Of a stretch of 64,000 nt of DNA, positions 49,605 through 60,307 are shown piece after piece (the first letter of the stretch is position 1; each line of letters starts with the position of its first letter). A model generated the notes under the pieces. The model was not told the DNA's origin. It searched no databases and saw nothing but the letters and a program-made list of their open reading frames with translations. A program made the translations under genes and the position numbers. This DNA is from an uncultured Maribacter sp. (GTDB lineage Bacteria > Bacteroidota > Bacteroidia > Flavobacteriales > Flavobacteriaceae): assembly GCA_964353165.1 (NCBI GenBank), contig CAYGUY010000012.1, positions 453 through 64,452 on the forward strand, read 5' to 3'.

Positions 49605-49853
49605 TTACTGCAATTTTCGCTTTTTTAGTTCTTCTTGCAAAGCCTTTTTGTTTTTGCCTTTTTTAAGAAATATGTATATTAAATATAAAGGAAGTAAGGT
49701 GACCAAGCCCCACGTATTCTTTACAACGCTGAATAGGATTATTCCACCTAAAAAACCAATCAGTACCGCATCGGTGATAGGACTTGGTTTAATTTTTTTG
49801 TCCGCATCTAAAAGTTCTTGATTAGTTAATTCCGAAGGTTCTTTTTTGCTCAT
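49605..49853 (-). CDS. Small two-TM membrane protein
   Basis: 82 aa; SELTNQELL, AVLIGFLGGII, two hydrophobic segments, ALQEELKKR tail. Confidence 0.7.
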   Translation of the reverse strand: MSKKEPSELTNQELLDADKKIKPSPITDAVLIGFLGGIILFSVVKNTWGLVTLLPLYLIYIFLKKGKNKKALQEELKKRKLQ

Positions 49854-50102
49854 TTGTGGTAGCTATATTTGGATGTTTTAGTATTAGATTTAATGCTATG
49901 TTAGGAGGCCATTCCACTAAAGATAGAACTAGCTTCATGATTATGGTCTGAATCTGGAACGGCATGAGGCTGGCACTACAAGGGGGCTGCAACAACTACT
50001 CAAAAGTAAAAGAAACCTCTAAAATTTGTAGGTACAACCTAGACCATAGTAATTTTACCAATACATTTTCAACAGGCTTTGGTCTAATAACCCATATCTG
50101 TT

Positions 50103-51131
50103 CTACAACGGTTCATACTCTTTCACTGCATCCACAAAAGCCTTTGCATTTTCCAAAGGGATATTGGGTAAAATACCATGGCCAAGATTAGCCACAAACT
50201 GGTCCTTGCCAAATTCATGGATCATTTGTGTAACCATTTTTTTGATGTCCGCTGGAGGTGAAAGCAAACGGGAAGGGTCAAAATTCCCCTGTAGGGTTAT
50301 TTTCCCACCGGACAGGTAACGTGCATTTCGTGCCGAACAGGTCCAGTCTACCCCTAAGGCACTGGCACCGGATTTGGCCATATCGCCCAAGGCGAACCAA
50401 CAACCCTTTCCAAAAACGATGACGGGAGCATCCTCCTTAAGCGCATCTATAATCTGCTGTATGTATTGAAAAGAAAATTCTTTATAATCCGTTGGGGAGA
50501 GCATACCGCCCCAAGAATCGAATACCTGTACCGCATTCACTCCTGCTTTTACTTTGGCCTTTAGGTAAGCAATGGTAGTATCTGTTATTTTTTGTAAAAG
50601 GGCATGCGCTACCACGGGTTGTGTAAAGCAGAGTTCCTTGGCCTTATCAAAATTCTTACTGCCTTGTCCTTGCACGCAATAACAAAGAATGGTCCATGGC
50701 GAACCGGCAAAACCGATCAGTGGAATCTCGTCGTTCAGTTTTTCCTTGGTCGCTTTTATGGCATCCATTACATAGCCTAAGGCATCGTTTACATCCGGTA
50801 CGATAACAGAATCCAAGTCTTTTTGGGAACGAATGGGATGGGGTAGGTACGGACCAAAATTCGGTTTCATTTCTACCTCAATATTCATGGCCTGGGGTAT
50901 CACTAAAATATCTGAAAACAGAATAGCGGCATCCATACCGTAGCGTCTTATGGGCTGTACCGTAATCTCAGATGCCAACTCGGGTGTTTGACAACGGGTG
51001 AAGAAATCGTACTTCGCCTTTATTTCCATAAATTCCGGCAAATAACGCCCTGCTTGGCGCATCATCCAAACTGGAGGTCTTTCAACGGTTTCTCCTTTTA
51101 AGGCTCTAAGAAATAGGTCGTTCTTAATCAT
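50103..51131 (-). CDS. hemE: Uroporphyrinogen decarboxylase
   Basis: [40 protein letters not shown]. Start taken at MIKND (51131). Confidence 0.97.
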   Translation of the reverse strand: MIKNDLFLRALKGETVERPPVWMMRQAGRYLPEFMEIKAKYDFFTRCQTPELASEITVQPIRRYGMDAAILFSDILVIPQAMNIEVEMKPNFGPYLPHPIRSQKDLDSVIVPDVNDALGYVMDAIKATKEKLNDEIPLIGFAGSPWTILCYCVQGQGSKNFDKAKELCFTQPVVAHALLQKITDTTIAYLKAKVKAGVNAVQVFDSWGGMLSPTDYKEFSFQYIQQIIDALKEDAPVIVFGKGCWFALGDMAKSGASALGVDWTCSARNARYLSGGKITLQGNFDPSRLLSPPADIKKMVTQMIHEFGKDQFVANLGHGILPNIPLENAKAFVDAVKEYEPL

Positions 51132-51368
51132 ATTCTTTATAGTTGTTTGTCTTTGCAAGGCGCAAAGCTGCGATTTAGCTGCTTTGTAACGTGGCAACCT
51201 GACGAGGATTGTTAGATGATTTTAACAGTTTGCCGCATCATCTGGTTCCGCTGTAGCATAACTAAACGTCTCGCAAACACGTAGGTTCTTGTTTATTTCA
51301 AAATGCATCAATTACAATTAATTCATACAATCAATTATTTATTTTCTTCCACAACAATATTAATGTTA

Positions 51369-51390
51369 CCCCTTTGGGGGCTAGGGGGCT
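51369..51390 (+). repeat. G/C-tract REP-like element, family 1, copy 3 (contains the hemC-hemD stop codon)
   Basis: CCCCTTTGGGGGCTAGGGGGCT; shares CCCTTTGGGGG and AGGGGGCT with 8368-8393. Confidence 0.55.
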
Positions 51391-52967
51391 TTTGTGTAAT
51401 CTTCATTCACCAAGTCAATAACACTTTCTACATCAGGAATTTTAGCAACCTTAACATCGTTAAAATGTTTCCTAGCTGCCGTTGCCGTAGTTTCCCCTAT
51501 GCAGTAGGCTATTTTATTAGGTCTATTGTTGTTTAAATAGCTTTCTACCCCAGACGGACTAAAAAATAACACGCCTTCCACGGCATCATCCATTTTTTGG
51601 CCGGACAGTTTGGTTTTATAGGTTTCCACGCTGTTAACCGTGATATGAGCCTCACCCAAGATGTTCGGAATATCGTCAATGCTCAGGTTTCCACAGAAGT
51701 GGGTGGCCTCCGTACCTTCAATGAACTCCACCAAATGATTGGCTAGGTCCGTAGCATTATTTTCAAAGTGCGCTACTTTCCCAATTTTTTTCTGAATAAT
51801 TCGCCTTGTTTTACGACCTACACAATAGATATTCTCAAAATCGAGTTCATCGGTACTTATATTGGTCAGTAATCCCTCTACCGCATTCTTACTGGTAAAT
51901 ATGGCGTTTTTGACCTTCTTTTTAAGCACTATGGGCGATACCCGGTTCGGGCTAATTTTGATAAAATCCTCGGAATCTACCCTGATCCTAGCATCAAAGC
52001 GTTGTAACTGGGCAGTGGTTAATTTTTTGGTGGAAAACACCTGGGTTTTTAATTCGTTATGGGATAATTCGTTCATCAAACGTTTCCCGCCCCTGCTTAA
52101 AATACTCTTGGCACAATCAATACCTAAGTTCTGGTGCTTGCCTAAGGGAGCGGTTAGCGCCGCTTCCAGTTTTTTAGAACCGTCTAAGGTCAATAAAACA
52201 CCCTTTAGGTTTACTATATTTTCCTTATCAATGTAGGCTAAGGCACCAATTGGCGCCGAGCAGCCGCCTTCCAATTCCCTCAGGAACTCACGCTCTAATT
52301 TCGTACAGATATCGGTTTCTTCATGGTTCAATTGTGCACAGATATCTCTTAACTCTGGATCATTTTCCATGGCCACGACCATAATGGCTCCCTGTGCGGG
52401 AGCGGGTAGCATCCAAGTAAGCCCTAGGGTATTTTCTGGTTCCAGGCCAATACGTTCCAGACCTGCAGCAGCAAAAATGGCCGCATTCCAATCATTATTG
52501 TTCAATTTCTCGAGTCTACTGTTTACATTTCCCCTTAAATCAACCAACGTATGGGTCGGGTAGCGGTTAAGCCATTGAGCTTTTCTTCTTAGGCTACCGG
52601 TGGCAATAACGCCTTCGCGCTGACCTAGAAATTCTTCGTTCCCTTTATATGCTAAAATATCCAAGTAATTGGCACGTTTTAGCACTGCTGCTTGCACGAT
52701 ACCTTTGGGTAAGGCCGTGGGAACGTCTTTCATGGAATGCACCGCGATATCCACATCGCCGTTAAGCATGGCAACATCCAATGTTTTGGTAAAAATACCG
52801 CTGATACCCAATTCATACAGCGGTTTGTCAAGGATAATATCGCCCGTAGATTTTACTTTTACGAGTTGTACTTTGTGGCCCAGTGCCTTTAATTGATCTT
52901 TAACCTCATTAGCTTGCCATAGCGCCAATTCGCTTTCTCTGGTGCCTATTCGTATAGTTCTGCTCAT
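51381..52967 (-). CDS. hemC: Fused hydroxymethylbilane synthase / uroporphyrinogen-III synthase (HemC-HemD)
   Basis: N-terminal IGTRESELALWQA, AVHSMKD, TGSLRR, LRGNV, GGCSAPIG; C-terminal ~225 aa with FTSKNAV, YCVGRKT, LFFSPSGVESY, CIGETTA; single 528-aa frame. Confidence 0.92.
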   Translation of the reverse strand: MSRTIRIGTRESELALWQANEVKDQLKALGHKVQLVKVKSTGDIILDKPLYELGISGIFTKTLDVAMLNGDVDIAVHSMKDVPTALPKGIVQAAVLKRANYLDILAYKGNEEFLGQREGVIATGSLRRKAQWLNRYPTHTLVDLRGNVNSRLEKLNNNDWNAAIFAAAGLERIGLEPENTLGLTWMLPAPAQGAIMVVAMENDPELRDICAQLNHEETDICTKLEREFLRELEGGCSAPIGALAYIDKENIVNLKGVLLTLDGSKKLEAALTAPLGKHQNLGIDCAKSILSRGGKRLMNELSHNELKTQVFSTKKLTTAQLQRFDARIRVDSEDFIKISPNRVSPIVLKKKVKNAIFTSKNAVEGLLTNISTDELDFENIYCVGRKTRRIIQKKIGKVAHFENNATDLANHLVEFIEGTEATHFCGNLSIDDIPNILGEAHITVNSVETYKTKLSGQKMDDAVEGVLFFSPSGVESYLNNNRPNKIAYCIGETTATAARKHFNDVKVAKIPDVESVIDLVNEDYTKAP

Positions 52968-54220
52968 TTATGGTCCAATTGTATTTGGAATACCTTCTGA
53001 ATAAATTCTAAGCTGGAGTCGGAATCTACCGTGTCGTCCTTAAGGTGATTGGCAAACTGTTTCGTTATTTTTTGGATGATTCGGTCGGAGATGATTTCTG
53101 CATGTTCGGAATCGAAACCTGTGATTTTTTTAGATTGATAATCGAGTTCTTCCGCCTTCATTGTATTAAGCTTCATTTTCAATGCTTTTATAACCGGCGC
53201 AAATTTTCGAGTTTCAAGCCATTGCGTAAAATCTACCCGGGCTTCTTCTATAATAGTTTCTGCTTGGGGTATAAATTGTTTTCTTCGTTCTAGAGTATCA
53301 TCTGTCATTTGTGAAAGTTGGTCTAGATACACTACGGTAACATGTTCTAGGTCGGATACCATTGTGTGAACGTTTTTTGGTACTGATAGATCTAGAATAA
53401 GAAGTGGTTTTTTTGTATGTATCAGTTCTTTTGTTACCGTTGGTTTCAGTGCCCCGGTAGCAACGACCAAAATATCTGATTTCCTAATTTCTGCCTGTAA
53501 ATCTCCGTAATCCTTTACGGTAAGATTAAACTTTCCACCAACTTGTTCTGCCTTCTCCTTGGTGCGATTTATCAGGGTAATATGTGGATTTTTGGTATGT
53601 TTTATAAGATTTTCACACGTGTTTCTTCCAATTTTTCCAGTACCGAACAATAATATGTTCTTTTCAGCAATGTCTGTTACGTTCTTTAAAATATACTGCA
53701 CCGATGCAAAAGCTACCGAAGTGGCGCCAGAAGAAATTTCCGTCTCGTTCTTTATGCGTTTACTTGCCTGTATAATTGCGTTGCACAAGCGTTCTAAAAA
53801 TGGGTTGGCAATTCCTAATTTTTTAGAGCGGTTAAAACTTTGTTTTAGCTGACTAATGATTTCAAAATCCCCTAATATTTGACTGTCCAAACCGGTGCCT
53901 ACGCGGAATAGGTGTCCTATCGCTTCATTATTTTTATACACATAGGCAACTTCTTGAAACTCCTCTACACTGCCATTGGAATGTTCACATAGCAATTTGA
54001 TAAGTTGGTAGGGATGTTGGGCAAAGCCGTGAAGTTCTGTTCTGTTACAAGTAGAGGTTACTAAAAGACCATCAACTCCTAATTCTTTTGCTTTTTTCAG
54101 TAAAGCATCTATCGAGGAATCATCCAAGCTAAATTTACCACGTACAACCTCATCTGCCTTTTTGTAGTTAAGACCAATGGTGTAAAAGGAGTTGTGTTTG
54201 GAAATATTATAGTCCTTCAT
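52964..54220 (-). CDS. hemA: Glutamyl-tRNA reductase
   Basis: STCNRTE, GLDSQILGDFEI, GTGKIG, NRT, DLSVP. Start taken at MKDY (54220). Confidence 0.96.
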   Translation of the reverse strand: MKDYNISKHNSFYTIGLNYKKADEVVRGKFSLDDSSIDALLKKAKELGVDGLLVTSTCNRTELHGFAQHPYQLIKLLCEHSNGSVEEFQEVAYVYKNNEAIGHLFRVGTGLDSQILGDFEIISQLKQSFNRSKKLGIANPFLERLCNAIIQASKRIKNETEISSGATSVAFASVQYILKNVTDIAEKNILLFGTGKIGRNTCENLIKHTKNPHITLINRTKEKAEQVGGKFNLTVKDYGDLQAEIRKSDILVVATGALKPTVTKELIHTKKPLLILDLSVPKNVHTMVSDLEHVTVVYLDQLSQMTDDTLERRKQFIPQAETIIEEARVDFTQWLETRKFAPVIKALKMKLNTMKAEELDYQSKKITGFDSEHAEIISDRIIQKITKQFANHLKDDTVDSDSSLEFIQKVFQIQLDHK

Positions 54221-54368
54221 AAAGTTCGACAAAAATAGGGGCAAGGATTTTATAAAAATAACGCTAGAGGAACAATTAATATCGATTGAAGTATTTTTAG
54301 ATGTAATTCATTAGTTTTAGGATGAAATGCCCTATTTTTATACCTCTTAATGCGGTTTTATCGTATAC

Positions 54369-54389
54369 TATTTAGAAATAATCTAAATA
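54369..54389. promoter_or_regulatory. Perfect palindromic operator candidate in the hemA/araC divergent region
   Basis: TATTTAGA-aataa-TCTAAATA, 23 nt upstream of the likely araC ATG (54413). Confidence 0.6.
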
Positions 54390-54412
54390 AAATTCATTCT
54401 AAAGGTTTGTCT

Positions 54413-55300
54413 ATGAAAGTTAAAAATGTCGCTATAGGTTCATTTGAGGAAATTTTAATCGATGATGGGTTTTATGTGCTTAAAATTCAGAACGATACAA
54501 TAACAGATACCCGGACAAAAAGAGAAATCAATAAACGTTATATTCAATTTCATTTTTGTTTGAAAGGCAGAGGAACATTTTTATTCAACAATGGCAATTA
54601 TGCGCTGGATGTTTCTGAAGAGAATTCGCTGTTACTTTATAATACAAAGCAAGATTTACCCTTAGATCTTTCTCTTACTCCAGGATCTTGGATGGTTTCC
54701 GTAGTGATGACCATACGTAAGTTTCACTCGTTATTTTCTGATGAAGCCAGTTATATCCCTTTTTTAAATGCAGATAACAAGGAAAAAAAGTATTATGCGC
54801 AAGAAGCAGTTTCTCCTGCTATTGCTGTGGTTTTAAGTCAACTAATTAATTATAACCTTCACCCAACGGTTAAGAAACTGTATAGTAAGGGAAAGGTATA
54901 TGAACTTATTTCGCTATATTTTAATAAAAGTACGGATGCGGATTTGGAGCAGTGTCCGTTTTTGGTTGATGAGGACAATGTAAAACGTATCCGCAGAGCA
55001 AAGGAGCTTGTCATTGCCAATATGGCCGAGCCCCCGAGTCTGAACGAATTGGCAAAGGAGGTAGGTTTAAGCTTAAAGCGTTTAAAAGAAGGGTTTAAGC
55101 AGATTTATGGGGATTCGGTATATAGCTTTTTATTTGATTATAAAATGGAATACGCCCGTAGGTTGTTAGATTCGGGACAATACAATGTTAACGAAATAGG
55201 TTTACGCATAGGCTATAGCACATCAAGCCATTTTATTGCTGCTTTTAAAAAGAAATATGGGACAACGCCAAAGAAATACATGCAAGAGTTGACACAGTGA
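54413..55300 (+). CDS. AraC family transcriptional regulator
   Basis: C-terminal HTH pair: PPSLNELAKEVG, LKEGFKQIYG, EIGLRIGYSTSSHF..AFKKKYG. ORF is open from 54350. Confidence 0.93.
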   Translation: MKVKNVAIGSFEEILIDDGFYVLKIQNDTITDTRTKREINKRYIQFHFCLKGRGTFLFNNGNYALDVSEENSLLLYNTKQDLPLDLSLTPGSWMVSVVMTIRKFHSLFSDEASYIPFLNADNKEKKYYAQEAVSPAIAVVLSQLINYNLHPTVKKLYSKGKVYELISLYFNKSTDADLEQCPFLVDEDNVKRIRRAKELVIANMAEPPSLNELAKEVGLSLKRLKEGFKQIYGDSVYSFLFDYKMEYARRLLDSGQYNVNEIGLRIGYSTSSHFIAAFKKKYGTTPKKYMQELTQ

Positions 55301-55330
55301 TACCTTACAATAATACATGGAGAATTTTGA

Positions 55331-56197
55331 CTAGGGGTTTACTGGCCGCGCTACCAAAATCCCAATATTCTTCTTTACACCTTTTAAATACTCTACCAGT
55401 GGCTTTTTAGTGACTTCAACCGCCATAGAGCCTGTGGAAGCATGTAGTAAATGAATACGCCCGTTTGCTTCACGGGTAGCAATGCCAGTGTGTGTAACAT
55501 CCAAACCGTTTATTGAAGTTGCTAAAGCAATAATGTCCCCGGTTTGTATCAAGTGTTCGTTGGCCGCTATTTGGTCTTGGGGCAAATGGCAAAAGGGTTC
55601 TTGGGCAAGGGCTTTCTCGGTAGCCAGTATTTTTTCAAAATTTTCATCATCGCTCAGAAAAGGATATAAATTCCGGTGCGTACCCATAAAGTTAATGTCC
55701 TTCTCCATCACGACTCCGCCAATATCACCTGTAATATCGGTCAGCATTCCTTTCTTTTCGTTGTTATGGATCCATTCCGTGAAATAGTGCAAGCGGGAAC
55801 CATAGCCATCTAGTTCACCATCTTTATACCGAATGGTTTTCAACTTCTCGGTAAAGCTTTCAAAGTCAGACTTGCCCTCATGTAACAGATAACTAAAAGC
55901 AAGCACGTTCTCTATATACGTAGTACAATCCAGTCCTTGTAGATTAATGACTAGGCTCTCTGTTTCCCCTATTTCCAAGGTTTTGGCAACGTAGGGTGTT
56001 CCTATAAACGTTTTGCCTACTGCAACTACAGTAGTTCCAAAATCGGATTCCAATAAACCGTCTATTTCAATGGTTTTATCTTCAAAAGCCTGTTTGTCTT
56101 TTGGGGAGCAGGTAATCTTTTGTGCCGTTACCCGCAAAATGCTCAGAAATGTTATAAGTACTAATGTAAAAAAGTTGGCATTAGGCATTCTACTCAT
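55331..56197 (-). CDS. DUF1460 / N-acetylmuramoyl-L-alanine amidase-like protein
   Basis: GTPYVAKTLE, LDCTTYIENVLA, RLHYFTEWI, GLDVTHTG, LLHAS. Confidence 0.85.
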   Translation of the reverse strand: MSRMPNANFFTLVLITFLSILRVTAQKITCSPKDKQAFEDKTIEIDGLLESDFGTTVVAVGKTFIGTPYVAKTLEIGETESLVINLQGLDCTTYIENVLAFSYLLHEGKSDFESFTEKLKTIRYKDGELDGYGSRLHYFTEWIHNNEKKGMLTDITGDIGGVVMEKDINFMGTHRNLYPFLSDDENFEKILATEKALAQEPFCHLPQDQIAANEHLIQTGDIIALATSINGLDVTHTGIATREANGRIHLLHASTGSMAVEVTKKPLVEYLKGVKKNIGILVARPVNP

Positions 56198-57257
56198 TAA
56201 AAATGGCTTTAGTATCGGAAATGATCACTCTATTGTGCACAATACTTTCCGGATAATTTTCTTGGAGAAAGGTAATCAACTTTTCCCTAACATGCACTCG
56301 TAAGTCCCAAGCCGTGGGCGAGTCCTTAGCACTCATAAGAGCTCTTATTTCTACATGGCCGGCCTTGCTATCAGTTACTTGTAGGACGTTTACTTCTTTG
56401 TTCCAAAGCGTTGTTCCTTCCAAAATCCGTGTCAGTTCATCTCGAATGGCGTCAAAAGGCACTCTGTAATCTACATACAAAAACACTGTTCCTAAAAGGT
56501 CTGACGAGGACTTGGTCCAGTTTTGGAACGGTTTTTCTATGAAATAGGGCGTAGGTACGATCAATCTTCGTTTATCCCAAATGGCTACGACCACGTAGGT
56601 AAGGGTAATTTCTTCGATGCGCCCCCATTCGCCCTCAACAATAACCACATCGTCGAGCTTAATCGGCTGTGCAATGGCAATCTGTATCCCTGCTAAAACG
56701 GTACCTATTAGTTTTTGTGCCGAAAAACCAATGATAATACCGGCAACACCAGCGGAGGCGAATACACTAATGCCAATTTCCCTAATTTCATCAAATGTCA
56801 TTAACGCCACACCAATCGCCAGGATTACCACCATAAATATGACGATGCGCTCCAGAATATTAAATTGGGTATAAATTTTTCGCGCTTTTAAGTTATCCGC
56901 TTCGTTTACGTTATACTGGTTGATTACAATGCCCTTTACTACCTTTAGGACAACAAGGATAAGCCAAGTCAAAGAAAATATGAACAATAGTGTGCTCACC
57001 TTTTTAAACAGGTATGCTTCATTTTCCATTCCTATGATGTTTCGTAAGGATTCGATACGTAAAATAATGGAGGCAAAAATGGCGAATATAGGTACTGCCA
57101 ATCTTTTCATTACACCTTTAGGTAGCAAATATTTAGGGTCTTTGCCCAATTTTCTTAGTATTACCAACACTAACCAATAAAGAAGTAAAAAAGAAATGAA
57201 AGCAATAAGCAAGGTAATGATAGATTCATTTGAAAAATGGTCAAACAAAGTATCCAT
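56190..57257 (-). CDS. Small-conductance mechanosensitive channel (MscS family)
   Basis: ASAGVAGIIIGFSAQ, LDDVVIVEGEWGRIEEI, FQNWT. Confidence 0.92.
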   Translation of the reverse strand: MDTLFDHFSNESIITLLIAFISFLLLYWLVLVILRKLGKDPKYLLPKGVMKRLAVPIFAIFASIILRIESLRNIIGMENEAYLFKKVSTLLFIFSLTWLILVVLKVVKGIVINQYNVNEADNLKARKIYTQFNILERIVIFMVVILAIGVALMTFDEIREIGISVFASAGVAGIIIGFSAQKLIGTVLAGIQIAIAQPIKLDDVVIVEGEWGRIEEITLTYVVVAIWDKRRLIVPTPYFIEKPFQNWTKSSSDLLGTVFLYVDYRVPFDAIRDELTRILEGTTLWNKEVNVLQVTDSKAGHVEIRALMSAKDSPTAWDLRVHVREKLITFLQENYPESIVHNRVIISDTKAIFNE

Positions 57258-57404
57258 AGGTATTTGTTTTGCGGAATTGTACTAAAAACAAACCACTTTT
57301 GCGAGATATATCGATGATTCTTATGTCGCAATCAAAAAACTTAGGGATTACGCACTGGTATAAATAGCTTACTTAGCTTATTTTTGCACTAAAATACAAA
57401 CGCT

Positions 57405-58448
57405 ATGAAGGGAGTATTATTGGTTAATCTGGGTTCTCCGGACAGCCCCACGGCAAAAGATGTTAAGCCTTATTTAGATGAGTTTTTAATGGACGAAAGG
57501 GTTATTGATGCGCCCAAATGGTTACGTACCATTTTGGTGCGCGGCATTATTTTACAAACCCGACCCAAAAAATCTGCCAAGGCCTATGCCAAAATATGGT
57601 GGGACGAAGGTTCTCCCCTCATTATTCTTTCCGAGAAATTTACGGACAAACTTAGGAAGCATACTAAAATGCCGGTAGCCCTTGGAATGCGTTATGGTAG
57701 TATGTCCATAAAATCGGCACTAAAGGAACTGGAAGACCAAGGCGTAGATGACGTACTTTTGGTACCCTTGTATCCACATTATGCCATGTCTTCCTATGAA
57801 ACCGTGGTGGTAAAGACCTTGGAAGATCAGCAAAAGCATTTTCCTGGTATGAAAGTGACCACGATGCCTGCCTTTTACAAGCATCCAGATTATATAAAAG
57901 CACTTTCAGAAAGTATTAAGGACGGACTTAAAGAATTTGAGTACGATCACATTCTATTCTCTTATCACGGGATTCCGGAGCGTCACATAAGAAAAAGCGA
58001 TCCCACTCGGTTCCATTGTAAAATGGATGGGACTTGTTGTAAAATCAATTCTGTAGCCCACAACACCTGTTACCGGCACCAAGTATACGACACTACCGAG
58101 ATGGTAAAGGCGTATTTAGGCCTTCCAGAGGAGCAAGTAAGTACTTCTTTCCAGTCCAGATTGGCGGGCGACCCATGGTTAAAACCCTATACCGATTATG
58201 AATTTGAGCGTTTGGCAAAAGAAGGTGTTAAAAAACTAGCGGTCATCACACCCGCATTTGTAAGCGATTGCTTGGAGACTTTGGAAGAAATCGCTATGGA
58301 AGGCAAGGAAGAATTTGAAGAGGCCGGCGGTGAACATTATAAGCATATTCCTTGTTTAAATGATAATGATGCTTGGGTGGCCACGATGGCAAGTTGGGCG
58401 AATGACTGGGAACGAACTGGAAAACTGGACGCGGTAGTTTGTGATTAA
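57405..58448 (+). CDS. hemH: Ferrochelatase
   Basis: LVNLGSPDSP, MRYG, PLYPHY, FSYHGIP, FQSR, SDCLETLEE; -7 box TATTTTTG at 57379-57386. Confidence 0.97.
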   Translation: MKGVLLVNLGSPDSPTAKDVKPYLDEFLMDERVIDAPKWLRTILVRGIILQTRPKKSAKAYAKIWWDEGSPLIILSEKFTDKLRKHTKMPVALGMRYGSMSIKSALKELEDQGVDDVLLVPLYPHYAMSSYETVVVKTLEDQQKHFPGMKVTTMPAFYKHPDYIKALSESIKDGLKEFEYDHILFSYHGIPERHIRKSDPTRFHCKMDGTCCKINSVAHNTCYRHQVYDTTEMVKAYLGLPEEQVSTSFQSRLAGDPWLKPYTDYEFERLAKEGVKKLAVITPAFVSDCLETLEEIAMEGKEEFEEAGGEHYKHIPCLNDNDAWVATMASWANDWERTGKLDAVVCD

Positions 58449-58812
58449 AGTACATATTCTCCCAGACTGGAGTTTCTACAAAATCGTATTTTGATTGTTT
58501 GCACTATTATGGTACCTACCAGGCATTAGGCGTTAGGGGTGTTTTTGGTTCAAACATTAAGTTGGCTTATTGTTCATGCTGTCAAATTCAGTTTCGTATC
58601 TTAAATTGAAAAGGATATAAAAAGGGCTTGTCATTTACAAGCTTTTTTGGAAGAAGACAAGTCTATATGAATAGTCATCTTCCCTACTTTGGAGAGATCA
58701 AGCAGACCTTATTAGAATTACTCCTGTTTTACCGAGAACCAAGCTAAATCTGTCTTTATGAAACAGCCTAGGTTCGTAACGCATTAGTGAATAAACAGCC
58801 TTAAATAGTAAC

Positions 58813-60192
58813 ATGGCCACGCTTTCATCGGAACAATTGGGTACAGAGCCCGTAGGGAAATTATTGATAAAGCAGGCTGTGCCTGCGAGTATCGGTATTT
58901 TGGTGATGTCGCTGAACGTTTTGGTGGATTCTATTTTTGTGGGTAATTGGATCGGTTCCGTAGCCATCGCCGCTATTAATGTAGTACTTCCTGTCTCCTT
59001 TTTTATTGGAGCATTAGGAATGGCCATAGGCATCGGTGGCGCAAGTATATTGTCCAGGGCATTAGGCGCAGATAATAGGGGTAAAGCCCTTAAAACCTTT
59101 GGCAACCAGATTACTCTGACAGTGTTGGTGACCGTTTCTATGGTGGTTTTAGGACTCTACTTTGTAGATAGTCTTATTCCTGCGTTTGGCGGTAAGGGCG
59201 CTATTTTTGACTATGCCAAGATTTACTATATCGTTGTTCTGTACGGTGTCCCGTTTTTGGCGCTGAGTATGATGGGGAATGCGGTTATACGTGCTGAAGG
59301 AAAACCTAAGTTCGCTATGGTGGCCATGATTGTTCCATCGGTGGCAAATCTTACCATGGATTATGTTTTTATCTACATATTCGATTGGGGTATGCAAGGT
59401 GCGGCATGGGCTACAACGTTGGCTTATACATTCTCCTTCAGTTATATTCTTTATTTCTTTTTATCCAAAAATTCGGAGCTCAAAATTAGCTGGGAGCATT
59501 TTGCTTTGGATAAGGGTATTATAAAAGAAATTAGTTCATTAGGTTTTGTAACCTTATCGCGCCAAGCGGTGGTTAGCATCATCTATTTATTATTGAATAA
59601 TATCCTGTTTAGCTTGGGAGGGGAAGCCTCTGTAACCGTATATGCCATAATTGGGCGTATGCTTATGTTCGCCTTGTTTCCTGTATTTGGGGTTACCCAA
59701 GGCTTCTTGCCCATTGCTGGTTATAATTATGGGGCACAAAATTATGATAGGGTTAGGGAATCTATCAATATCGCTATTAAATATGCAGCGCTATTGGCTA
59801 CCATCGTATTCGTAGGGTTGTTTCTTTTCCCAGCTGAAATCGCCTTTCTTTTTTTAGGAAACGCAGAAGGTGCTACCGCAGAAGAATTGGCCATAAATGC
59901 CTACGTGATGGAGCAAACCCCAACTGCGCTGCGCTGGGTGTTTGCCGCCACGCCTATCATTGCCATACAGCTTATTGGCGCTGCCTATTTTCAGGCCATA
60001 GGAAAAGCGGTGCCGGCCCTATTGTTGACCTTGACTAGACAAGGCTTCTTTTTTATTCCTTTGGTACTCCTTTTACCCCAGTTTTTTGGTGAATTAGGCG
60101 TATGGATTTCTTTTACTATTTCTGATGTTTTGGCCACTTTGGTAACTGGGCTCTTTTTGAGGAAAGAGGTTAAGAAACATCTCAGTGTATAA
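58813..60192 (+). CDS. MATE family efflux transporter
   Basis: About 12 TM segments; VDSIFVG, IRAEGKPK, WGMQGAAWAT, PIAGYNYGA. Confidence 0.93.
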   Translation: MATLSSEQLGTEPVGKLLIKQAVPASIGILVMSLNVLVDSIFVGNWIGSVAIAAINVVLPVSFFIGALGMAIGIGGASILSRALGADNRGKALKTFGNQITLTVLVTVSMVVLGLYFVDSLIPAFGGKGAIFDYAKIYYIVVLYGVPFLALSMMGNAVIRAEGKPKFAMVAMIVPSVANLTMDYVFIYIFDWGMQGAAWATTLAYTFSFSYILYFFLSKNSELKISWEHFALDKGIIKEISSLGFVTLSRQAVVSIIYLLLNNILFSLGGEASVTVYAIIGRMLMFALFPVFGVTQGFLPIAGYNYGAQNYDRVRESINIAIKYAALLATIVFVGLFLFPAEIAFLFLGNAEGATAEELAINAYVMEQTPTALRWVFAATPIIAIQLIGAAYFQAIGKAVPALLLTLTRQGFFFIPLVLLLPQFFGELGVWISFTISDVLATLVTGLFLRKEVKKHLSV

Positions 60193-60307
60193 ATGGGTGC
60201 TTGCAACTAAGGTGCTTATTCACCATAGCTTTAATTTACCGATTAAATTGGTGAAGTGACTTTTTAGAAAAGTTGGTGTCTTATTTTAAACTAACCTATA
60301 CCTAAAA

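Noticed and set aside
51132-51368. Riboswitch in the hemE leader
   Set aside because: No recognisable aptamer consensus or terminator/antiterminator pair; an Rfam scan would be needed.
58449-58812. Remnant of hemJ or another gene after hemH
   Set aside because: Translations show no HemJ-like motifs; only short unconvincing frames.
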